Part shown: piece after piece, positions 48,189 through 60,768 of the stretch
Layout: each line of letters starts with the position of its first letter
How positions within the stretch are numbered: position 1 is the stretch's first letter
Source of the DNA: an uncultured Pseudomonadota bacterium
GTDB lineage: Bacteria; Pseudomonadota; Gammaproteobacteria; Coxiellales; Coxiellaceae
Direction: 5' to 3'
Assembly: GCA_963702315.1 (NCBI GenBank)
Contig: CAVPCA010000049.1
Location: 9,111 to 73,110, forward strand
DNA length: 64,000 nt
Position numbers and translations under genes: made by a program
The notes under the pieces: model-generated
What the model saw: the letters and a program-made list of their open reading frames with translations, nothing else
Databases searched by the model: none
What the model was told of the DNA's origin: nothing

Positions 48189-49051
48189 GTATCCAAAAAC
48201 TCATCAGAGTTGGGCGCAACGAAGTTGTGGTAGTCCTGCGAGTCGACAAGGAGAAGGGTGAGCACCAGAACTAGATTAATCAACGAAACAAATACTGAAC
48301 GGGATCGCAGGGTACATTGATCTTTCAAAACGAAGAGTGTCGCCTGAAGATATCATCAAATGCGAGGAGAGATATAATAAGAGCAAGATGGTTCATTCAA
48401 TTATGCGACATGTGGCAGAAAAGACTCAACATCCTATTGAAGATCTTTATGAGCGCATTGGCTGGCCACTGAACAAGAAGTACGGACATGCGGTAGATGC
48501 TTTCAAGCTCTCAATAACGTAGGTACAGACTTTGATCCATTTCGGAAATTTGCTAATCATCTTTTAGCAATCCCGACGTCTGGCAAGAAGTTTCATTTCC
48601 CAACGATGTCGTTGCCGAAGAACTGAAATCCTACATCGGAAAGCGTCTTACACCCCAGCCTACAAAGGTCCGAGCAGATGTTGAGGTTACATGTTTTGGA
48701 TATGAAGGAATCGATGCTGTCAAAACAGCGCTACGAACAGCTGAAGCTCGAAATACCCCGGATAACCAGGTGAAGGTTAAACTTGTCTCGCCACCACTAT
48801 ATGTCCTTACAAGCACATGCCTAGAGAAAGCTGTTGGAATTCAAACACTAGAAGCGGCGATCGTTGACATCCGGTCCAACATCGAGGGGTCTGGTGGTAA
48901 TTGCATCGTAAAGATGGAGCCAAAAGCGGTCACAGAGAATGATGATGCCGAGCTGCAGGCATTAATGGAGAAACGTGAGAGAGAAAACGCAGAGGTCAGC
49001 GGAGATGAGAGCATGAGTGAAAGCGACGAAAATGCGGTCGAGGTGATGTAA
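48189..49051 (+). CDS. SUI2: translation initiation factor eIF2 alpha subunit, 5-prime third missing; exons 48189-48257, 48311-48518, 48568-49051
   Basis: SIQKLIRVGRNEVVVVLRVDKEKG / YIDLSKRRVSPEDIIKCEERYNKSK... / NPDVWQEV...KVKLVSPPLYVLTS. Introns are GTGAGC..ACTGAAC..CAG and GTAGGT..TGCTAAT..TAG. The S1 domain start and Ser51 region are absent. Confidence 0.85.
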
Positions 49052-49347
49052 AGGCGTTCTGGGCTATATCAAAAGCATTGTGATCAGAATTTGCATTGCG
49101 GGCGCATAGAAGGGCTATAGAGCCAAATGCTGCAGCGAACGACCTGTGTCTTTTTAAGAACAGTCATAAGTTATGAAAAGTAGTCAAAACGTTAAAAAAT
49201 GTCGTCAGTCTCTTCATGAAATGGATTTCTTGACAAGGCTGCTCGCGAGGCTGAGCTGATGGAAAGTAAGCGAGATTTTTGAGGATGAGCACCAAATCGA
49301 AAGCTAACGACCTCCCGTGTTGGTACCAGAGTCTGAACCCCACCACC

Positions 49348-49986
49348 ATGTCCTCGAACCGCATGTTTTCCTTCTTCAAACGAAATACAACATGGGGTAA
49401 ATCTTTCCATGACTTCAATTACCGATTGTTCATTTTCATGACATGGGTACCCGCCGTGATCTTCTTCAATGGAAATGTGGGAGAGTTGACTCGGATCAAC
49501 GGCCCATCTATGTACCCGTATTTGAACACCAGCTATAACGAAGATCTTAAGAAAGATCTGTGCTGGGTCAGCAAATGGAATCCGACTCGAAATCTGCAGA
49601 GAGGGATGCTAGTCTCTTTTCAGTTAGTTATATGGAGGAGAACTTTCGTCACAGTACTGACAATAAGTAATAGAAGTCCAAATAACCCCGAAAAACTTGC
49701 TATAAAGCGAGTCATTGCTCTTGAGGGAGATGTGGTATACACTAGAGCTCCTTGTCCTCTACCAACGGTGCAAGTCCCTATCAGCCATGTCTGGGTGGAA
49801 GGTGATAATAGGGACAAATCGTTGGATAGCAACAGTTATGGACCTCTCCCAATGAGCCTAATCCAAGGAAAGCTTACCTACGTTTTGTGGCCGTGGAAGA
49901 GCTCGGGGCCGATACATTGGAGACAATTCAAGGGCAAGACGAGGGTGATTGCAGGCCGCAGGCAGGATGCACCGAATTGGGATTGA
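49348..49986 (+). CDS. IMP2: mitochondrial inner membrane protease subunit (Imp2-like signal peptidase); exons 49348-49622, 49674-49986
   Basis: GPSMYP (catalytic Ser), KRVIALEGD (Lys) and GDNRDKSLDSNSYGP. The 51-nt intron is GTTAGT..TACTGAC..TAG. Confidence 0.7.
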   Translation: MSSNRMFSFFKRNTTWGKSFHDFNYRLFIFMTWVPAVIFFNGNVGELTRINGPSMYPYLNTSYNEDLKKDLCWVSKWNPTRNLQRGMLVSFQLVIWRRTFVTVLTISNRSPNNPEKLAIKRVIALEGDVVYTRAPCPLPTVQVPISHVWVEGDNRDKSLDSNSYGPLPMSLIQGKLTYVLWPWKSSGPIHWRQFKGKTRVIAGRRQDAPNWD

Positions 49987-50239
49987 TAATATTTGATGGT
50001 TTGCGGACAAACTCTTCTCTGGATAAGATCTCGTTTCCATCAACCATATCCGCCCACGCTTGCTCAAGATACAGCTCTAGAAATCTCTCCTTAGCCTTGC
50101 GTTCGATTTCGTCTCCGTTCGTGAGCAGAATGAGAGAAATTCTATCACAGCAAGTCTCCCATCATAAACAATTTCCTTGCTCTGTCTGTTGATCTAGCCT
50201 GGTGGCATAGTAGCCTCCGTCAGATGTCGAGTTTATAAG

Positions 50240-50455
50240 CATTAGTGGTCGTCAGAATTCGTGGCGTAAAGCTTGAGTTTCAATGTACTGTAACTTCTGG
50301 AACATTTGTGAAGTGGCGAGCCACTACTTTTCAGATTGTTCCTCAGATCAGGGAAGATTCAAAAACGCAAAATGACGGTTAGGCTCTAAATGTTCCTCGG
50401 ATAACAGTACATTGAAAACCAGTATTGCGTCACGGATTCTGACACCCGCTGGTGA
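50240..50455. mobile_element. 216-bp fungal MITE, copy A
   Basis: ~50-bp terminal inverted repeats ...AGTGGTCGTCAGAATTCGTGGCG..TTTCAATGTACTGTAAC / inverse. It shares its internal sequence with copies B and C. Confidence 0.8.
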
Positions 50456-50940
50456 GAGGATACTGTGACGGTAAACGTGGCTTGATATTGGAGTCAGAAT
50501 GGGATAAAAAGCAATTTCAGGCGCAGAAATTGGCATATGACAGAAAATATTTGGCCGTATTGGAAGAGACAAATCTAAATACAGGAAGCGAAAACCGATC
50601 CCTTTTAAACGTATCAAGAGCCTCTTCAATGTCCAGAGTGGGCGGGTACAATGAAACGAAGCAGACGATTCTTACACGTTTCAAAAGCTCTTTAGTGTCT
50701 AAAGAGAGCTGGTACAATGGAATGGAAACCATAGCTACCAGCCGAGAAATCTCAATTTTGTGTCCCAGCAAGGGCTTGTTATCCAATGCTGAGAATGATT
50801 ATTATTGCAGAGTTTCCTATCTCCGTAACAGTTCATAGTAGACCCACGTGGTATCCATGCTCCACGGGATCCCTTCCCAGGATGCCGACGTCCTTGTATT
50901 TATCATCATCGATTCATTTCTCTTTCCTATTCTATTCTCC

Positions 50941-51807
50941 TTAGATCAAATCGCTTCCGCCATTCTCAGAGTCAAAAAGCCTCTCAATAAAAGCCTTGGT
51001 AGGAGCCTCAGCGGACCTTTTCTCTGCATTTGACTCCATTTTCGAGTTCCAACACAACTGTCCTCCCCAAGCGTCACGCAAATCTTGCAAGTGCCCATGA
51101 ACCCCTTTTACAATAGAGTTTTGATGGATTGCTTCTATTGTGGGCAAAGCTTTATCAGTGACCACAAGAATCTTCTGCACGTATGAAAGTGGGTGTGCCT
51201 GTCGCAAACTTAATAGAACCCTCTCCGCCATAATAGTCGGGGCCTGGCGGTTTGGAAAGGTATATGGAGGCGGAAGCACGCCACCCATGTGCTCAATCGT
51301 GTCTTTATCGAGCAACAACTCCAAATTTCGAAGTGAGCTGTACTTTTCTTGCTTAATCAAGAGCTGTATGGCTTTATCAAAGATTTCAATGTTGTTTCCC
51401 AAACCTGGGACAAGTCTCAGGCGAATGGAAGCAATCCGTTGACTTGCAAGCCGGCCCATTGATTTAAAAGTTTGCCGGAGGTTGTGAGGTGAATAGAAAT
51501 AGAAAACGTTGCTCCTCCAGAAAAGCTCATTTGTCTCCTCGTACATTTTGCGGCATGTTCTTGGAAGTGAGAGGGAGATGGTTGGCCGCAATGTTTCAGA
51601 CCCGCAAAGTTGACTTTTCCTCTTGAGGGGCCTTCCATCGTCAACCAGGAGATAGAAGAAGGGTCCAGACTGCGAACAGCTGCGTGGGTAGCCGAGGTGA
51701 TATGCATCACAACGAGACAGGATCCTGATTGTGCCAGTTGGAGATACAAGGCAGTCGCGGAAGATCTGGTTTCTAATCTCCGCCGGAAGATCCAAAAGCG
51801 AGATCAT
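50941..51807 (-). CDS. hypothetical fungal protein (N-terminus resembles 2EXR/F-box-like LLDLPAEIRNQIF)
   Basis: A 288-aa ORF with no obvious intron. The domain call is tentative. Confidence 0.4.
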   Translation of the reverse strand: MISLLDLPAEIRNQIFRDCLVSPTGTIRILSRCDAYHLGYPRSCSQSGPFFYLLVDDGRPLKRKSQLCGSETLRPTISLSLPRTCRKMYEETNELFWRSNVFYFYSPHNLRQTFKSMGRLASQRIASIRLRLVPGLGNNIEIFDKAIQLLIKQEKYSSLRNLELLLDKDTIEHMGGVLPPPYTFPNRQAPTIMAERVLLSLRQAHPLSYVQKILVVTDKALPTIEAIHQNSIVKGVHGHLQDLRDAWGGQLCWNSKMESNAEKRSAEAPTKAFIERLFDSENGGSDLI

Positions 51808-52457
51808 AGTGGTTGTACTGTTAATGATATTGTTGTACTGAGAAAGATGAGAATTTTGGAAGCCAGAAGATGCTCAAGATCGAGTGCTTGCATGCGCTGA
51901 GCTAGAACTTGTTAGCTTGGGCGGTAGAGCTATAGTAACAGGGCAACGAACTTTGACCAAGCAGTACCGAATTTGTTCAAACCTAACCCTCATATGGTGA
52001 AATGAGAAGATCTGGTATCGCAAGCAATTGATGCTCAGGCCATGCGATGCAACCCCGTTCAGGAATGTAGGAAATTGTGGTTGAAAAAGAGTCCCAATGG
52101 GTTAATGAGATTTTCCAAGCTTAAATATTCAACAACCAAAAAATGTGGATTATGTGTCCGCTCCAAAATGCACGAAGAGAAATTTCCTCTGGTCCTCAGA
52201 GTAGGATTCAGCAATGCAACTTGCAAAGGTGAAGACAAACTTAAACACCCTCTGCTCGCCGATGGACAATCACTTCACTGCGTCATCAAATCTCCACTAG
52301 GATCCAGAATTCGCCTCGTTATCCAGACATTCTTAAAATCCAGCCATCCACGATGCGGAGATCCTCCTCCCGAATTTGATCCTCAGAGCTGTAACTTGCA
52401 ACCTGTCTGAATTTTCACCTTTCGAGACACGCCAACGCCAAAGCTCTGTATATTGAG

Positions 52458-52673
52458 TCACCAGCGGGTGTCAGAATTCGTGACGCAATACCCGGTTTCA
52501 ATGTACTATAACTCATGGAAAATTCGTAAAGCGACGAGCCACTGCTTTTTAGATTGTTCCTCAGATCAGGGAACAATTATAAAAGCAAAATGGCAGTTGA
52601 GCTCTAAATGTCCCTCGAGCTATAGTACATTGAAAGCCAGCATTCCGTCACGAATTCTGACAACCACTGGTGA
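52458..52673. mobile_element. 216-bp fungal MITE, copy B
   Basis: TCACCAGCGGGTGTCAGAATTCGTGACGCAATACCCGGTTTCAATGTACTATAAC ... inverse end CCACTGGTGA. Confidence 0.8.
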
Positions 52674-53434
52674 GTCCCTCTCTCGAGCGATTCGTGATCA
52701 GCTATGCTTAGAGACATAATTTGAAAGTAAGCAATTAATGATGCTGTGTTTGCGACTTGATTCTTCCAAGGATGAGGCAAATTGCTAGGTGACGCGCTGT
52801 GCACTCACTCTCCGTGAGTCGATTTGAAATTTGTCGTCGGTGAAGCAAACTCCTAAGTGATGGCTCAACTTAAGCGCGACGTTGTTTCAGCTATCAATAG
52901 AAATAGAAATCGTCGTTTAGACGACGGGTATTGAGCGTCAAAGGATCTCACGCGCAGCCAGCCATAGGATCTCCACAGTGAATCTCTAGCTGCGGCCACA
53001 CGATTGAGCGCCATCGCGTCAAGCGACCCATCCGCCTCCAGCCATGCTGTAACTATATTCAGGGGGCGGACGCGGTAGAGCCAATCGCCTGTCGACCTGA
53101 CATCATCTTGCGTTTCGAATCAAGAAACCCCTGCCAATACTTCCTCCAATTCATCCAACAAATCCAACAAATCAACCTCCGCAAACCTTCAGCGGCTGGT
53201 ACCCTGTTTCTTGCAAACGACCATATCTTGGCCAAGCTGTGAACCATATGAGGGGCCCATATAACCTTATCCCTTCACTCATTCGTTTCTTGCTTTGCAG
53301 GTTCCCCTAAATCATCGATATAATACCGGCCTCGGCCCTGTCGATTATACATTCATTCTCACCGACTCCTGCAAGCCCAGGTCGAAACCCTTTCTATGTC
53401 TCGATAATTCCAAACACCCAGTGACGACCCCAAG

Positions 53435-56400
53435 ATGTCTTCAACGACGGCAACCGCCTCGACGACAAGCTCGTCGGGCGCGACGACGCACCACAGCAAC
53501 CTTCGGGCAAGGACAAGCGACCCAGGGCATCAGTCTGGTGGCTTTCCTCACTGCCTTGGCGACTTCGTTGGTTATTTTCGGCGTGCAGATGCTTGCATTT
53601 ATTCTCCTGAAGAATAAGCTAGCACGAATCTTGTGAGTCTGCATATTGAGTGACTGCCAGGACAAATTAAATATCCCCTCGAGCCCTGCTAACGATAACC
53701 AGCAAACCCAAGACATATCTAGTCCCTGAACGAGAACGAACAGAACCCCCGCCGAGAAGCCCTTGGGGCTGGCTGTTTGCCATCTTCCGATTCAGAGACC
53801 GCGAAATCATCAATAAATGCGGACTGGACGCTTACTTTTTCCTGCGATACCTCCAAACCCTCCTCGTAATATTCATACCTCTGGCGTTGGTCATACTTCC
53901 AATTTTGGTCCCCCTCAACTACATTGGTGGCAGAGGTGGATCTTATGCTCTAGAATTTGGAAATTCTACGGATTCCACCCACGCCAATGTCACAGGGCTG
54001 GACACTGTCGCATGGGGTAATGTACGACCAACACAAACAAAAAGATATTGGGCGCACTTAGTACTTGGTATTGTCGTTGTTGTTTGGGTGTGCGGTGTAT
54101 TTTTTGCGGAGCTGCGGGTATACATTAAAGTGCGACAAGACTACTTAACATCAGCAGAACACCGATTGAGGGCATCAGCAACGACCGTACTCGTCAGCGC
54201 CATTCCTCGAAAATGGCTTACAAGAGAAGCTCTTGCTGGACTATACGACGTGTTTCCGGGAGGGATTCGGAACATTTGGATCAATCGAAATTATGACGAG
54301 CTACTTGACAAGATCCACTCGCGAGACAAAATATTTCAGCAACTCGAGGCTGCAGAGACCGAGCTTATTAGAAAAGCAAAGAAGGCTCAGAGAAAGCAGG
54401 CTGAGAAGGATGCCCAAATACAAGCAAAAAAGTCCTCGCTCAAGCCAAAAGCTATGACGAAAGAGGAGAAGGAGCAAAAGATAAAAATGGACAACGCAGA
54501 AGCGGAGAGACTTGCCCGTAGCGGAGGAGTAACGGCTGGTGACCCTCACCAGGTGCCCCATACAGTGGATGACGCTATAAATGAAGAAGAAGAAAGGTCT
54601 AGGTATGACCGAACCGAGCAGAAAGGTACTTTCAAGGTTCCTGTCTTAGGTGGCGGTCTGGCTGCTGTTGGACAAGGCTTGGATGTTATGGGCCAGGGGC
54701 TCGGGAAGGGGCTTGATGCTGCTGGAAAAGCTGGTGTTACGGTTATTGGAGGTGCTCGAAAAGTTGGTAGAAATCTCGATGATCAACTTGAGACTACCAA
54801 TGGTTTCATTGCGATGGACGACGGTTCGCCAATAGACGGCGATTCGTATGACGTGTATGGACGATATCGTGGCAATTCTCAGACTACCGCCCAAGACCCT
54901 TATGGTGCTGGTTCCGAAAACAGGGCAGAGGGAATCAGGGATGCGGAAGAGCAGCTACAGACGGTTGAATCAACAACTCCACCGGAAACACGAAATGATC
55001 AAAGCAACAGGCTACCGGGAAATACAACGCGAAAGGCGACATTTCATCACGGAGTCGACGGTGCGGAAGATATTCCACCAAACAACGGCTGGTGGAAGTT
55101 CTGGAAGGCTCCCGCAGGAGGGTTCGCATCGCCACTACCGACTGGATACGAAGAAGGCGATGAATTTCCATTAACCCACAATGACGGTGCAAGGGTGTCT
55201 ATACCAAAGCATAGTCGAGATGGTAGGGAGGAGAAGAAGGGATTGTGGAGCAAAATCAAAGCCGCTGTCCCATTCCTCGACCAGGAGGAAGTCCAGCCTC
55301 AGCAGTATCCAGTTGCGTACAACCCTGATTATAAAGAAGATGCACATGGAGCGGTGTGGGAGAGGTATCTTAAAGCAAGCGATCGACCGACACACCGCTT
55401 GGCCAAGTTCAGCTGGACTCCTGGTTGGTTGCCAGGTCTACCACTCATCAACGAGAAGGTCGACACAATATACTGGTGCCGTGGAGAACTCGCCCGTCTC
55501 AATCTCCAGATTGAGATAGACCAGAAAGAACCAGAACGATTTCCGCTGATGAATTCTGCTTTTATCCAATTCAATCACCAGGTCGCTGCTCACATGGCAT
55601 GCCAAGCTGTCAGTCATCATGTGCCTATGCATATGGCCCCTAGAACTGTGGAAATCTCGCCAAACGATGTAGTTTGGGACAACATGTCGATTAAATGGTG
55701 GGAGTCTTGGCTCAGAACTTTCTTCGTAACAGGTGTTGTTGCTGGAATGGTTATCCTATGGTCGTTTCCTGTGGCCTGGACAGCTTCCCTGGCACAAATT
55801 TCCTATTTGGCCGCGAAATATCCCTGGCTCCATTGGCTCAACCGCATTCCCGCGAGGGTCCTTCAGGCAATTGCAGGTGTCCTGCCAGCTCTCGTCCTGT
55901 CAATTTTACTAGCGCTTGTTCCCATGATCTTAAACTACCTTGCATTTATTCAAGGCGCGCAAACGGGCATGGAAAAGCAGAGATCTGTTCAGAATTACTA
56001 TTTCGCATTCCTATTTGTCCAGGTCTTCTTGATCGTCTCCATCTCTGGAAGTGCGTTAGCTACCCTCGGATCAGCAACTCAAATCACTGCAATCCCCAAC
56101 ACCCTAGCCACTCAACTTCCGAAAGCGGCGAACTACTTCTTTTCTTATATGATCCTACAGGCTTTGTCGACTAGTTCCGGGACCTTGCTGCAAATTTTTA
56201 CTCTGATCTTGTGGTACGTGCTGCCGAAGCTCTTCGACAATACTGCTCGACAAAAGTGGAAGCGAAACACCACTCTACCATCGGTGACTTGGGGTACATT
56301 CTTTCCTGTTTACACCAACTTCGCCTGCATTGCCCTCATCTACAGCGTTGTATCCCCCATCATCGCGATATTTGCAATTATAACATTCACTCTGCTCTGG

Positions 56401-57300
56401 ATTGCAAACAGATATAACATGCTCTACGTGTCCAGATTCAAACTGGATACTGGGGGCCTGCTATATCCACGAGCTATCAATCAGACCTTCACCGGCCTCT
56501 ATGTCATGGAGCTTTGCATGGTTGGCTTGTTCTTCCTTGTTCGTGACGAGAACAATAATGCTGCGTGTATACCACAAGCCATTATCATGATCGTTGTGGG
56601 CTTCCTCACCGTCCTGTATCAAGTGCTGTTGAACATGTCATTCGGTCCTCTCTTCCGTCACCTTCCAATCACATTCGAAGATGAAGCTGTTCTCCGTGAC
56701 GAAATTTTCGAGAGGGCACAGGCACGCCGTCTTGGCTTAGTCGACGACGAAGACGAAGGTTTAGATTTCCCACAACATGATGGCGGCATAGAGATGTCTA
56801 AGCTCAACACAAAAAGCAAGTTCGCAAAGTTTAACCCGGTCAATGTTGTCCAAGAAGCCGGCTCCTGGGCAGCGAAGTCAGGTCGGAAGATCAGACAAAA
56901 CACCTTTGGTCGTGGTTCCGGCAATGATGCTGACCAAGGTCTTCCGCATCTTCCTCATCTGCACCGTAAACGCAAGCACCGTGATATCGAAGCTCAGAAG
57001 AAGATCGCGGATGCTCTGTACGGTGGCTACAACGACGAAATTGAGGATTTGACGCCTGATGAGAGAGATATCCTTGTTAAACATGCCTTTCAGCACTACG
57101 CGCTGAGAGCTCGTCGTCCCACTGTATGGATTCCAAGAGATGATATCGGGGTTAGTGATGACGAGGTGAGGAGAACAAGAGAGTTTGCTGGTAATAACAT
57201 CTGGATCAGCAACGTGGGTGCGGCATTAGATGGGAAGTCGAGAGTTGTTTACGGAAGAAATCCGCCAGATTTCTCAGAGATTGATTTGATCAACCTGTGA
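53435..57300 (+). CDS. CSC1: CSC1/OSCA/TMEM63-type calcium-permeable stress-gated cation channel (RSN1_TM, cytosolic and 7TM domains); exon junction 53632/53703; 5-prime end uncertain
   Basis: ISLVAFLTALATSLVIFGVQ...KNKLARI | KPKTYLVPERERTEPPP..GLDAYFFLRYL.., then a 1,137-aa open frame. The 70-nt intron is GTGAGT..TGCTAAC..CAG. The only nearby ATG (53435) is one frame off the conserved exon-1 frame. Confidence 0.85.
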
Positions 57301-57540
57301 TCTAAGTTTTCAGTCATTTGTGCAGACAGAGGAAGAGAGAGATGGGGGAGAGCGCACGGTGGAGGTGGAAACATGTAAGGTTCATTTGATTTAGCGGCAT
57401 TACGGCGTTGAACACCCATAGCATAGTGTTGCACAATGGTGCATTCACCATCTCGTTTTTAGAGCCTTTGATACCAAGAAATGAAGTCACGATTCGCATT
57501 GCTTATTCTCGTAGTCCAAGGCTCATTGACACCCTTTACA

Positions 57541-57756
57541 TCACCAGTGGTTGTCAGAATTTGTGAGGCAATACTGGTTCTCAATGTACTATAGCTCAAG
57601 GGACATTTAGAGCCTAACTGCCATTATTGCTTTTTAAATGTTCCCGGGCCTGAGGAACAATATGAAGAGTAGTGACTCTTCGCTTTACGAAAGTTCCATA
57701 AGTTATAGTACATTGGAACGCAGCTTTGTGTCACGAATTCTGACAACCACTAGTGC
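57541..57756. mobile_element. 216-bp fungal MITE, copy C (internal part inverted relative to B)
   Basis: TCACCAGTGGTTGTCAGAATTTGTGAGGCAATACTGG...GTCACGAATTCTGACAACCACTAGTG. Confidence 0.8.
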
Positions 57757-57845
57757 ATGCATGAGTAAACAGGACTTCATCTCCTTACTAAACTTTGCGA
57801 GTCTAATCGTAAACAGGAGGCTGAATCATTACATGATATACCAAT

Positions 57846-59106
57846 TCAGGTATCCTTCAACCTCCCAAACTGCGGCTCAACCGACACTTTTCCTTCCTCA
57901 TCTAGAACTTTCCCCCTATCCCACTCTCTGCCTTCTCCCTTCTTCGCCCACCGCACATCTTCCTCCCGCTTTTCGCCACCGTTCTCCCATCGCTTGACCT
58001 CATCTTCTGTGAAACCAGCAGCTCTGAGACGATCAGCACCTATCTCCCTGAATTTCTTACGAGCTCTCATTGCCTCTAAAGCCTGATCCCATGGGTCGTC
58101 CTCATCGGAATCCAGCCGGACATCAGTACTTGGGTCGTAGTTTGCCGAAAATCTAGCGTCTATACCGGATGCTTGAGAAATAGTGCCGCGACCTTTGGTT
58201 CGTACTTTGGGAATAGGTGGAGGGCGTGGGCCAATGATATCGTCTAAAGGATCTGAGTAGTAGCCATCTTTTGCATTTGCATTTGATTTGCTTCTGCTTC
58301 TGCCTCCTTTAAATTCTTCTCTCGGTCTTGTTCCTTCATTCCGGAATCCACTTCCCCCCTGCTAGATCGATGTGATTTTCCTCGTGCTTTATCAGCATCT
58401 GGGGACCTCGACCGCTTCCTTCTCGGTGATCTCTCGCGATGTCTGCTTTCTTTGCTTCGGTGTTCTCTGGGGGACCCTGAACGTGATCTGCGCCGTCTTC
58501 TTCGATCCTCGCCTTCCTTGCCGCGCTCTCTAGAAGCGCTTCTATGTCTGCGATGATGTCCTCGCTGGCCATTTGACCTTCTACTCTCGTCTCTAGACTC
58601 CCTAATATCCCGGGTCCTATGAGATGCCGCCCTCGCCCTCTCCTCAGGTTCTTCATCTTCACTGGAAGTATTCACACGCCTCCCACCCTCGCCAACCTTG
58701 GCCCGCTTCCTCGGTCTGCCCCCTAAGATCGCTGCAATATCCCCAAGCTGACGTCTCCTTATATCTCCTCCACCAACCCGACTTGCTTTCTCCTCACGAC
58801 GTTCATTAGATCCTAAACTCTCCAGGCGGGCACGGGATTCCGCAGTTTCTTTGGCGCGTAGTGCTGCATTGTGACTGTCGGTATTCTTGATGATGTTTTG
58901 TAGGAAACGAGTATTTGGCTTAGGCTTATTCGAGGGCATTCTAATAAGTTTAGAATGGCATTCCGCATATTCTGGGTGAGTAGGACGTACTTGGATTGCT
59001 TGAAAGCGTCAAGACCCATCGAGGAGTACTTGATGGCACTGTCGTTTGCGTCCTTTGCCAGGAGTTCCGCTACATAATCGTCGGTCAGGATCTCGTCATT
59101 TCCCAT
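57846..59106 (-). CDS. conserved-looking fungal Arg/Ser/Glu-rich protein of unknown function; intron 58941-58990; one frame break
   Basis: MGNDEILTDDYVAELLAKDANDSAIKYSSMGLDAFKQSK | MPSNKPKPNTRFLQNIIKNTDSHNAALRAKE..RS-rich..| DGYYSDPLDDIIGPRPPPIPK...RLRAAGFTEDEVKRWENGG. The frames join if the C6 run at 58354-59 changes by one base. Confidence 0.55.
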
Positions 59107-59518
59107 GATTTCTGATTTCCGGCTTGTGGCCAACGAAGGAACTGCTGGCAAGAGAGGCCGAGGTTTGAGAGCAGGTTTTCTGAATAACCGCTGCTTGACG
59201 AAACGATGGACCATGAGTAATAATTTCGATGGCTTGATTGGGAAGGCGGTGAAATACATCCCACCAAACTGCCGAATTGCGCAAGTAAACAAACGCCTAC
59301 CACACCTGACCGGTCAATCACTCCAGAAAGTACATTAAGCACAACCGCGATTCTGATCTTCTTTCCAGCTCGAGAACATACACGTAGTTTGTCCAGATTT
59401 TTCTGAAATTCCGCCTGGAAGACGCCTAAATTCGCGCCCAACGCGGTTTCCATCCAAACCTAATTAAGCACCCGGAGAGTGCAATATCAGTTTCAGCAAC
59501 ACCAGATTTATAGTCAGC

Positions 59519-60410
59519 ATGGCAACTTCTCACGGCGAAGTGCTGGAGGCTCTTTTGGATGCCCAGAACTCCCATGAGCTGTCTATTATCAAACTCAGTG
59601 AACCGATTTCCGGCGCACTCAAGCAGCACGGTGCAGAGCGAACGTCAGACGTGTCTGCGGAGGTATTCGAGAATCCAACTCCAGCAAGTTTAGAGGCGGA
59701 CTTAGCACATTACAAAGTAAGTCAGTATACCATAGTTGAAGTCTTAATCGCTGATTCATCGATAGGAACTCTTCTCGAAACTTCGGTTCTCATACCTCGA
59801 ACAAGTCACCAAAGAGAAATTTATACGCGCCATCGTTGGTGATCCACCTCTGGTAGTAGAGCATCAAGAGAATGTTGAACTCGAGGAGTCTCTTGCTGTC
59901 GCAAAATCTGCATTGAAAGCACAGAAGACGGAGGTTGCAGAGCTGGTCGCGGAGTTAGAGGCGAGAGGCCGAGAGTTATGTCGAAAATACGAGAACATTC
60001 AGATGCAGACGGCACAGCTTCAGGAGCTGCCAGAGAGAATTGAGGCTCTCAAGCTTAGTGTTGAGGAGTTGAGGGCAGCTCAACAACCTGGTTCGAATCC
60101 GACTTTAAACTTGCCCTTGGAGAAGACGCTAGCATTAGTAGAAGAGCGAGAGAGGGAAAGAGCTGAACTAGACAGGCAGCTGGAGCAACTTCAGGCTATG
60201 CTTCCACGAAAAACTCGGGAGTTAGAAAGGTTAAATGCTGAATTGCAACCCTTGGAGGTCAAGAGACTTGGAAGTACCGCTTCGGCTAGAGAAGCCAAGA
60301 GGAGAAAGGAGGAGGCTCTTGGTGGAGTTGGTGACGATTTGGAGGAGCGAGGTAGGTGGTGGAGAGGTGTCGAAAGTGGATTGAAAGGCATGCTAGGCGT
60401 GGAGACTTGA
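59519..60410 (+). CDS. coiled-coil protein (possibly kinetochore Sos7-like); exons 59519-59716, 59766-60410
   Basis: ...LEADLAHYK | ELFSKLRFSYLEQVTKEKFIRAIVGDPP... followed by a long heptad-rich region. The intron is GTAAGT..GATAG. The family name is a weak recollection. Confidence 0.5.
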
Positions 60411-60768
60411 TTTGGAATGTTTTGAGGAATATTGGGGAATACCAATCGAAAGGGTTGGCGTTCTAGGCGTACGTGGGATTTGTCATTCTTGTTGTGGTTA
60501 TAACATATGGTATATGTAATCCTCGACAGGAATTATCAAGATGTTGACGAGCGAAGATACGAAGTCTGAATCGATGTCTGCAAGTCGGCCATGAAAATTG
60601 TACATCGTATTGCCAGAAAATCGTCTTTTGAAAATGCTATATCAACATCTACGGAGCACCTATGGGCATGGGCATCCTTGACAGCAAATATGTAGTATTT
60701 ATATGAATCCAGGCCGCTAGCTGTTCTATACTGTGTATGTGTATGTGATATTAGAGGTTAAATTTGCC

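Noticed and set aside
47597-48261. Multiple overlapping ORFs in all frames (47597..47821, 47646..47960, 47779..48051, 47970..48188, 48070..48261)
   Set aside because: This is the typical stop-codon paucity of a GC-rich segment. Only the minus-strand SDR frames show recognisable motifs.
48196-48328. N-terminal extension of the SDR ORF (MKDQCTLRS...PNSDEFLDTW)
   Set aside because: This stretch is the reverse complement of a securely identified eIF2-alpha exon and intron. The open frame there is coincidental.
52042-52410. 122-aa ORF in the fungal intergenic region
   Set aside because: No recognisable domain, no splice-consistent extension, and it is adjacent to a MITE copy. The support is insufficient to call it a gene.
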